From: Smithellaceae bacterium
GTDB taxonomy: Bacteria; Desulfobacterota; Syntrophia; Syntrophales; Smithellaceae
DNA length: 64,000 nt
NCBI GenBank assembly: GCA_963667845.2
Contig: CAXXVL010000002.1
Location: forward strand, 224,001-288,000
Direction: 5' to 3'
Shown: positions 57,943 to 64,000 of the stretch, piece after piece
Numbering within the stretch: the stretch's first letter is position 1
How the letters are laid out: each line of letters begins with the position of its first letter
The notes under the pieces: generated by a model
The model's database searches: none
The model's input: the letters and a program-made list of their open reading frames with translations, nothing else
Told to the model about the DNA's origin: nothing
Translations under genes and position numbers: made by a program

Positions 57943-58794
57943 TCAGTTCAGGCACGGAAGGGCCAGCTGTACTTTTTGCAGCGCTTTCTTCTCAATCTGG
58001 CGAATGCGTTCGCGGGTTATTTTATATTTATCGCCGATCTCCTGCAGGGTCAGCGGCTCATCCGCCATCACACGATTCCGGATAATGAAGCTTTCCCTTT
58101 CGCTCAGTGTGGCCAAGACGCCGGCGATATCGCGCTTCACGAGGCTTTTTTCCTCCTCTTTGATCAGCGAGGTTTCCTGATCATCCCCGTCATGGACGAG
58201 AAAATCGAGATGGGGGGTGTCACCGTCGTCACCGATAATTTCGTTGAGGGATAGGTCGCGGGTCCCCATCCGCATATCCATCTCGCAGACTTCGGAACCC
58301 TTAACGCCCAGAGATTCGGCGATTTCGCTGAATTCCGGATTTCTTTTGGACAGCCTCTCCAATTTATTTCTCGCCTGGCTCAACTTGAAAAACAGCTTTC
58401 TCTGCGCCTGAGTTGTTCCGATTTTGACGAGGCTCCACGACTTGATCAAATAATTCTGGATATAGGCGCGTATCCACCAGACCGCGTATGAGATCAGGCG
58501 GTAGCCTTTATAAGGATCGAATTTTTTGACAGCGTGGATAAGCCCGATATTCCCCTCCTGAATCAGGTCGGCAAGCTTATACCCATAATTACGGTACTCG
58601 TGGGCGATCTTGACGACAAAGCGCAGGTTGGAAACGATCAGCTTTTCCGCGGCATCCATGTCGTAGTATTTCTTGAGCCGGACGGACAGCTTGAATTCGT
58701 CCTGAGGAGTCAGTAAAGGGAAACGGTTGATCTCGGTCATGTATACGTCAAGATTTCCGGCAGCGATAGGTAGTTTCAAGGTCGAATCCTCCAT
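57943..58794 (-). CDS. rpoH: RNA polymerase sigma-32 factor
   Basis: 'DLIQEGNIGL', 'SYAVWWIRA', RpoH box 'QRKLFFKL', 'TRERIRQIE'. Confidence 0.93.
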   Translation of the reverse strand: MEDSTLKLPIAAGNLDVYMTEINRFPLLTPQDEFKLSVRLKKYYDMDAAEKLIVSNLRFVVKIAHEYRNYGYKLADLIQEGNIGLIHAVKKFDPYKGYRLISYAVWWIRAYIQNYLIKSWSLVKIGTTQAQRKLFFKLSQARNKLERLSKRNPEFSEIAESLGVKGSEVCEMDMRMGTRDLSLNEIIGDDGDTPHLDFLVHDGDDQETSLIKEEEKSLVKRDIAGVLATLSERESFIIRNRVMADEPLTLQEIGDKYKITRERIRQIEKKALQKVQLALPCLN

Positions 58795-59001
58795 AAGGTT
58801 GATGATATAAATCCGACGGCCATATTTTCCTTAACCGTTGGATGCACTCTAATCCGAAGGAAGAAAGTAAACAATAATGGTTAAGTTGGAGGATATTGGT
58901 AGTAAGAAACTACCATATTTGGATATCATAAAAGCGCTCAGGAGAATGCGAGCCGCCGGGGTGGAGGAGAGAGGACGCGCATCAACGTGCTCAAAAACGA
59001 T

Positions 59002-59027
59002 AAAAGCCGCCTTCGAGAGCGGCTTTT
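59002..59027. terminator. Bidirectional intrinsic terminator
   Basis: AAAAGCCGC-CTTCGAGA-GCGGCTTTT. Confidence 0.8.
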
Positions 59028-59049
59028 ATACGTTGGCTGCAATATCTTC

Positions 59050-59529
59050 TTATTTTGTAAAACGTTTTTTCATATCACACAGAAGCGCGTAGTGCTTTCG
59101 TTCCTCTTCGATAATCTTTTCAATAGCGTCATGCTGCGCCGCCGGGACGAGGTTTTTGACTTCATGATAGTATAGAATGGAATCGAGCTCGCGCTGCATG
59201 GCAAAATCAAAAGCGCCCACTGTGTCTTTCACGCCCGCCAGCTGCTTGTCCATGACTTCTTTCGTAAAGATAATATTGTTATCAACATAGTTGCGGAGGT
59301 ATGCGCTGTATTCGCCCGCATACTGCTCAGCGGGAGTATATTTATCGACAACCGCAAAAAACTTTTCAAACGTGCGCTTGTGCCCGGCTTCGGCGTCCGC
59401 CAGAAAGGCAAAGAGCTTTTTGGCCTCTTCCTGTTTGGCAAGTTGTTCGGCGAATTTGTAAAAGATGATTCCGTTTTCTTCTATTCTGATGGCGACCTGG
59501 ACAATGTCACTTGCTGCAAATACCTGCAT
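59050..59529 (-). CDS. Ferritin-like (rubrerythrin diiron domain) protein
   Basis: 'AIRIEENG..FY', 'EAGH', 'ELDSILYY', 'EERKH'. Confidence 0.9.
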   Translation of the reverse strand: MQVFAASDIVQVAIRIEENGIIFYKFAEQLAKQEEAKKLFAFLADAEAGHKRTFEKFFAVVDKYTPAEQYAGEYSAYLRNYVDNNIIFTKEVMDKQLAGVKDTVGAFDFAMQRELDSILYYHEVKNLVPAAQHDAIEKIIEEERKHYALLCDMKKRFTK

Positions 59530-59609
59530 ATCAATGCCTCCTGAATTCTTAAATTGTTGAGATCAGATTGTACATATTTTAAACGTTAATGCAACGTTTT
59601 ACTGGCCCG

Positions 59610-60674
59610 TTAAATCCACTTCTTCTTGCGGAATAAGATAAGCATGAAGGCCGCGATTGCCAACATGACCGCCCACAGCGCGAAATACCCCAAGGGCCAC
59701 CGCAGCTCCGGCATGTTCTTGAAATTCATACCGTAAACCCCTGCCAAAAATGTCAGCGGCATGAATATGGTTGCGATAATGGTCAGAACTTTCATCACCT
59801 GATTCATTCTCATGCTGGCGGCGGACAGATAAATGTCCAGCATCCCCGCCAGCATATCGCGGAATGTGTCGACCGTGTCCACTACCGCAATGATGTGGTC
59901 GTAAATATCTTTGAAGTATACGAGATCGGAATCGCTGATTAAAGGAGAACCCGACCGCTGCAGCAGGCCAATCGCCTCCCGAAGCGGCCACAGCGACTTG
60001 CGCAGCACAATCAGCTCTTTTTTCAACTGATGGATCGCCTGCAGTTTGGCCGGTGTGGTTTGCCTGATCAGGTCATCCTCCAGTTGCTCGATCTTTTCCT
60101 CGATACCCTCCAGCACGATAAAGTAATGATCGACAATGGCGTCCAGCAAATGATGCGCGAGATAATCCGCCCCGGCCATGCGGATTCTTCCCTTGCAGGC
60201 TTGAAGTCTGTCGCGAATGGGATTAAAGAGATCACCTTTTTTTTCCTGAAACGACAAGACAAAATTTTTGCCCAGAATGATGCTGACCTGGTGTGCATGC
60301 AGGTCCCGATCAACATGGTTGTGGATATCCTTTAAAACGATGAAGATGTAATTACCGAAATCCTCCGCTTTGGGCCGCTGATCGGTGTTGAGAATATCCT
60401 CCAGAATCAGGGGATGCAGACCGAATAGGACACCGATTGCTCCGAGAAGCTGCACATCCTGCAATCCGTCGATATTGACCCAGAGGATGCCCGGCTGCTC
60501 CTTTTCTTTCCGCAGCTCATCGAGGGAGCAGTCTTCTTTCTCCACCAGCGATGCTTCATCGTAGCGGGTCGACGTGATGCTCGGTCGATCCGCATAGGCA
60601 ATGCCGACGTGGACCAGAGCTCCGGGACTCAGCCCGGCCTTTTTTGAACGTTTTTTTAAAGCGGATTCCACCAC
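59610..60674 (-). CDS. corA: Magnesium/cobalt transporter CorA
   Basis: 'LHPL.LEDI...DQRPK', 'YGMNF..MPEL'. Confidence 0.97.
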   Translation of the reverse strand: MVESALKKRSKKAGLSPGALVHVGIAYADRPSITSTRYDEASLVEKEDCSLDELRKEKEQPGILWVNIDGLQDVQLLGAIGVLFGLHPLILEDILNTDQRPKAEDFGNYIFIVLKDIHNHVDRDLHAHQVSIILGKNFVLSFQEKKGDLFNPIRDRLQACKGRIRMAGADYLAHHLLDAIVDHYFIVLEGIEEKIEQLEDDLIRQTTPAKLQAIHQLKKELIVLRKSLWPLREAIGLLQRSGSPLISDSDLVYFKDIYDHIIAVVDTVDTFRDMLAGMLDIYLSAASMRMNQVMKVLTIIATIFMPLTFLAGVYGMNFKNMPELRWPLGYFALWAVMLAIAAFMLILFRKKKWI

Positions 60675-60683
60675 GACTCTCTC

Positions 60684-62135
60684 CTATTTCTTTCTGACGC
60701 GGATGTTCACCAGGACCGATGGTGTCTTTCCGTCCGGGAACTGGACACCGGCGGTTCCGGCAAGGGCCAGCGCCGTCGTGGAAGAGGATGATATCGTTTG
60801 CAAATCCAGGGGCTCCGTTTCCAGACGGATGTCCTCAGGCTTGATCCTAGGATGAATCATCACGCGGATGCTCGCCGGTTGAACACTGATTCTCTGCACG
60901 ACAAGATCATCGGGCAGCACGTTACGGGTGACAACATGAACGGCAACCGTCGCGGGAACAAGGCGGGATGCATAAACACGGATTTTAACGGGATTGATCT
61001 CGGCAACCGTTAAATTGGAAGGGGCATTAACCATTTCTTTCGTCAAAGTGAATTCACGTTTTTTATCGGCAATCGGCGCCAGATCAAGCGAGAGCCTGAG
61101 CGACCTTTCATTGAGCAGCCGGAAAGCCTGCTCGGGCCCCTGAAGGATGACCTTGGCTTCCGTCAGTTGCGGCTCATCAATCTGCCAGCTTGGCGGAATA
61201 TTTTTATACTCAAGGGGGATGATGAAATCACGGCGCACAATGTCCCGCTGGTAACCGAAGGCCACCCACAAAATGCAGGCCAGCCCCAGGGCAATGAGTT
61301 TTTCCTTGGTATTTTCCCGAAGCCAGCCCCAGACCGGTCTTTTGGAGGGCGCGGGCCGGTATTTCGCATAATGCTTTTTCAGAATATCGTTTAGCGCCGA
61401 GGCGCCGGGAATCACCGTAAGCATCTCCCCTTCGGCGACTGAAATGGTTCCCCGCTCCTCGGATACGACGACACACAAGGCGTCCGGGCGCTCGGTCAAT
61501 CCCCGTGCCGCCGTATGGCGCAAACCGATATTCTCGTTCCGGGCGATGTTGACCGATAAGGGCAGATGACAACCGAACATCATAATGCGGTCATCTTTGA
61601 TCACGACCGCACCGTCATGACCATGGGAATGAGGATCGAAAATGCTGGACAGAAGCGGTTCGCTGATCTCGCCGTTGAGCGGTATGCCGCCGGTCAAATG
61701 ACGGTCCAGCGGATCTTCGCCCTGGATCACCATCAAAGCGCCGATACGCTTCTTCGCCAGATCCCCCGCCGTCTCGGCAATGATGTTGGCCGCCTTTTCC
61801 AGAGCCGACAGGGGCAAGGCTTCCTTGCGCAGGTTGCCCAGCATCCCCAGACGTTCAAAAAATCCCCGCAGGTCTTCCTGAAAGATGACCACCAGCACAA
61901 AAAGCAAAATGGCGAAAAACCCCTGAAGAACGATCAGCGTCAGATAGAGTTGAAAGAACCGGGCCGCCAGATATACGCCCCCCAGGAGCAAAACGCCGAA
62001 AAGAACAAATCGCGACGCGCGGGTTTTAAACCACATCAAAAGCGCAAAGATCATCGCAGCGATTATCGCTACGTCCAAAACATCCTGAATACGAATGCTG
62101 GCGATCACCTGGGCTGCCGAACTGACAATAACCAT
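60684..62135 (-). CDS. Diadenylate cyclase (CdaA-type DAC) fused to YbbR (CdaR) domains
   Basis: Three TM helices, 'FQEDLR', 'HDGAV', 'GLRHTAA', 'VVSEERG', a further TM helix, then YbbR-like repeats. Confidence 0.88.
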   Translation of the reverse strand: MVIVSSAAQVIASIRIQDVLDVAIIAAMIFALLMWFKTRASRFVLFGVLLLGGVYLAARFFQLYLTLIVLQGFFAILLFVLVVIFQEDLRGFFERLGMLGNLRKEALPLSALEKAANIIAETAGDLAKKRIGALMVIQGEDPLDRHLTGGIPLNGEISEPLLSSIFDPHSHGHDGAVVIKDDRIMMFGCHLPLSVNIARNENIGLRHTAARGLTERPDALCVVVSEERGTISVAEGEMLTVIPGASALNDILKKHYAKYRPAPSKRPVWGWLRENTKEKLIALGLACILWVAFGYQRDIVRRDFIIPLEYKNIPPSWQIDEPQLTEAKVILQGPEQAFRLLNERSLRLSLDLAPIADKKREFTLTKEMVNAPSNLTVAEINPVKIRVYASRLVPATVAVHVVTRNVLPDDLVVQRISVQPASIRVMIHPRIKPEDIRLETEPLDLQTISSSSTTALALAGTAGVQFPDGKTPSVLVNIRVRKK

Positions 62136-62622
62136 ATGGCTGCTTTCCGTTTTAACGAGACATTGCTGGTGATCATTTAACGAAATTCCTGAAGGCGTGT
62201 CAAGCAGGATTGCGAAGGGAATGTCCTCGCGAAAGCGATCATACCGGATATCAGCCCTGTTGCCTGCGCAGTGCGCGAGACCGGCAGATCGTACTGCAAA
62301 AATTGATCGGATCCGTTGACGGCAATGATCGGCGAACGCATTTGAGACGTGACCTCGAACCTGCCTGAAGGTTCATCGGCAAAATAATCCAGGGCTGTCT
62401 AAACGGGGGATATCCGTTATTTCTCCATAAAACTCATTTTGCTTATTTGATAGACTGCACCACGGGCGGGTTGCTCCTCACGAATTTGCGCTTTCATCAT
62501 GATATGCGGCGACGAAACAATGGGAGTATTTGCCTACCGAACCCCGTGATATCTTCTACTATAGTTTTTTAAAAGATCGGACGCTACATTAAAGACGCGC
62601 CATGAGCGGAAGAATTAAATTT

Positions 62623-62684
62623 AATCAACAATCTAGCAGTTAGCTACGGAGAATTAACGCTCGTTACGCGTGAGCGGGATTAAA
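62623..62684. repeat. Dispersed hairpin repeat, copy 3
   Basis: AATCAACAATCTAGCAGTTAGCTACGGAGAATTAACGCTCGTTACGCGTGAGCGGGATTAAA. Confidence 0.75.
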
Positions 62685-62696
62685 AGCGAGGTCGAG

Positions 62697-63407
62697 ATGG
62701 AGCAGACAATTCGTATCCTGATGCTGGAAGACGTCGCGACCGATGCGGCTCTGATCGAAGATGAATTGCAAAGCGCTGATCTCAGCTATGTCTCCTGCGT
62801 CGTTGCGAACCGTAGAGACTATCTCACGGCACTCGATCATTTCGATCCTGACATCATCCTTTCGGATTATCATCTTCCCCAGTATGACGGCCTCTCTGCT
62901 TTAGATGACGCCAGACTCCATCTGCGCGCGGACATTCCTTTTATTCTCGTAACAGGCGCCATCGCCGAAGAGCTGGCCATTGATATCCTGATCAAAGGAG
63001 CAAACGACTACGTGATGAAGAATCGTTTGCAGAGGCTTGTTCCCGCCGTGCAGCGGGCCTTGGAAGAAGCTCTGGAAATCAGATCCCGAAAAGAGGCGGA
63101 AGACGCCTTGCGCAGGGCGCATGAGGAACTCGAGATGCTGGTCGTCCTGAGAACTGCCGAACTGCAGAGAGAAATTGAAGAGCGAAAAAAGACGGAGGAA
63201 TCCCTGCGGGAAGCTCTGGCACGGATAAGGACATTGAGCGGTCTGTTGCCGATTTGCGCGTCGTGCAAAAAAATCCGCGATGACGAAAACAACTGGGTCC
63301 AGATAGAATCCTATATCAAGAATCATTCCGATGCGGATTTCACGCACGGGGTTTGCCCCGAATGCGCGGTCAAGCTCTATCCGAAAGCATTTAACATCCA
63401 ACACTGA
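62697..63407 (+). CDS. Response regulator with C-terminal CxxC...HxxCxxC domain
   Basis: Receiver 'ILSDYHLP'; tail 'L.GLLPICASCKKIRD...W..IE.YI...S...FTHGVCPEC'. Confidence 0.9.
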   Translation: MEQTIRILMLEDVATDAALIEDELQSADLSYVSCVVANRRDYLTALDHFDPDIILSDYHLPQYDGLSALDDARLHLRADIPFILVTGAIAEELAIDILIKGANDYVMKNRLQRLVPAVQRALEEALEIRSRKEAEDALRRAHEELEMLVVLRTAELQREIEERKKTEESLREALARIRTLSGLLPICASCKKIRDDENNWVQIESYIKNHSDADFTHGVCPECAVKLYPKAFNIQH

Positions 63408-63464
63408 ATCAAACGTCTGCCGGCTCATCCACGGCGGCGCCCCCGATCGACGTTCTCCTTTCCG

Positions 63465-64000
63465 TTATTGCGATATGGAAAGCAGCATGGACCGGAGGTT
63501 GGTTTTGGTGTTTTTGATCCCCAGTTTCAGGCGGATATTCTTTCGGTGAAAATCGACAGCCGTTGCCGAGATGTTCAAATACTCGGTCATTTCCTTCGTT
63601 GTCCGGCCTTCGCGGACCAGCGCGGCAATTTCCAGTTCACGGGGCGTCAGGTCGAAATGCCGGGTAGCCAGATTATTCAGGAACGGCGATATGACTTCTT
63701 TCAGATGGCTTTCGATAATATTGACGTGGGCCAATTGCGTGTCATTCAGTTTTAAATTTTTTAATTTTTCGATGGACGGCAGAATCAGACTTTTGACATT
63801 ATTCAAGATGTTCTCTTCGACGGCCAGCCTGTCCTCCTCCCGATGCTTCAGCAGCACTTTTAGCGCGATATTCGCTTCTTCCAGTATTTTGGATTTTTGC
63901 TGCAATTCACCTTCACTGCGCTTCAGATCGTCTTCGGCTTTTCTGCGCACATTCCGCTCGGCGACATCATTTAATGCCCGACTGACTGAAGGAGCAAGCC
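63465..64000 (-). CDS. Receiver-LuxR transcriptional regulator, 5'-truncated by window edge
   Basis: Frame is open to the edge ('LAPSVSRAL', end of a receiver); C-terminus closely parallels 14027..15760. Confidence 0.85.
   Translation of the reverse strand, partial: LAPSVSRALNDVAERNVRRKAEDDLKRSEGELQQKSKILEEANIALKVLLKHREEDRLAVEENILNNVKSLILPSIEKLKNLKLNDTQLAHVNIIESHLKEVISPFLNNLATRHFDLTPRELEIAALVREGRTTKEMTEYLNISATAVDFHRKNIRLKLGIKNTKTNLRSMLLSISQ

Noticed and set aside
58843..58870. CIRCE element upstream of rpoH
   Set aside because: Only a partial half-site (TGCACTC) is present; the GAGTGCTAA arm is missing.
62136..62620. c-di-AMP (ydaO) riboswitch upstream of the DAC gene
   Set aside because: The conserved GCTGAATCC and GGAGGAAC segments were not found on the minus strand.
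1..64000. CRISPR array, tRNA/rRNA, transposase, integrase, reverse transcriptase or phage genes
   Set aside because: No regularly spaced repeat-spacer run and no recognisable motifs for these in the sequence or the ORF track.

Overview
A 64-kb stretch of bacterial chromosome. Gene content (acyl-CoA ligases, ferredoxin-fused ETF, aldehyde:ferredoxin oxidoreductase, paralogous HTH-FeS and PAS/REC-LuxR proteins, RpoH, TrpB2, CdaA-YbbR fusion) suggests an anaerobic, probably syntrophic deltaproteobacterium (Smithella/Syntrophaceae-like; inference only). About 55 CDS; no rRNA, tRNA, CRISPR array, transposase, integrase or phage gene was seen. The strongest unannotated signals are non-coding. (1) A probable sigma54-dependent small RNA (minus strand, ~53457-53584) with three stem-loops, an exposed anti-Shine-Dalgarno-like tract, its own terminator, a -24/-12 promoter, a consensus IHF site and candidate enhancer palindromes, divergent from a kinase/sigma54-activator pair. 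(2) A Trp-Trp-Trp leader-peptide attenuator in front of a stand-alone trpB2. (3) A REP-like palindrome apparently inserted in-frame within a type II NADH dehydrogenase. (4) Several families of non-autonomous palindromic repeats. Among protein-coding modules, a Tat-exported AOR system flanked by an exported decarboxylase-like lipoprotein and an exported hydrolase stands out. All product calls come from motif recognition by eye; no database search was run.
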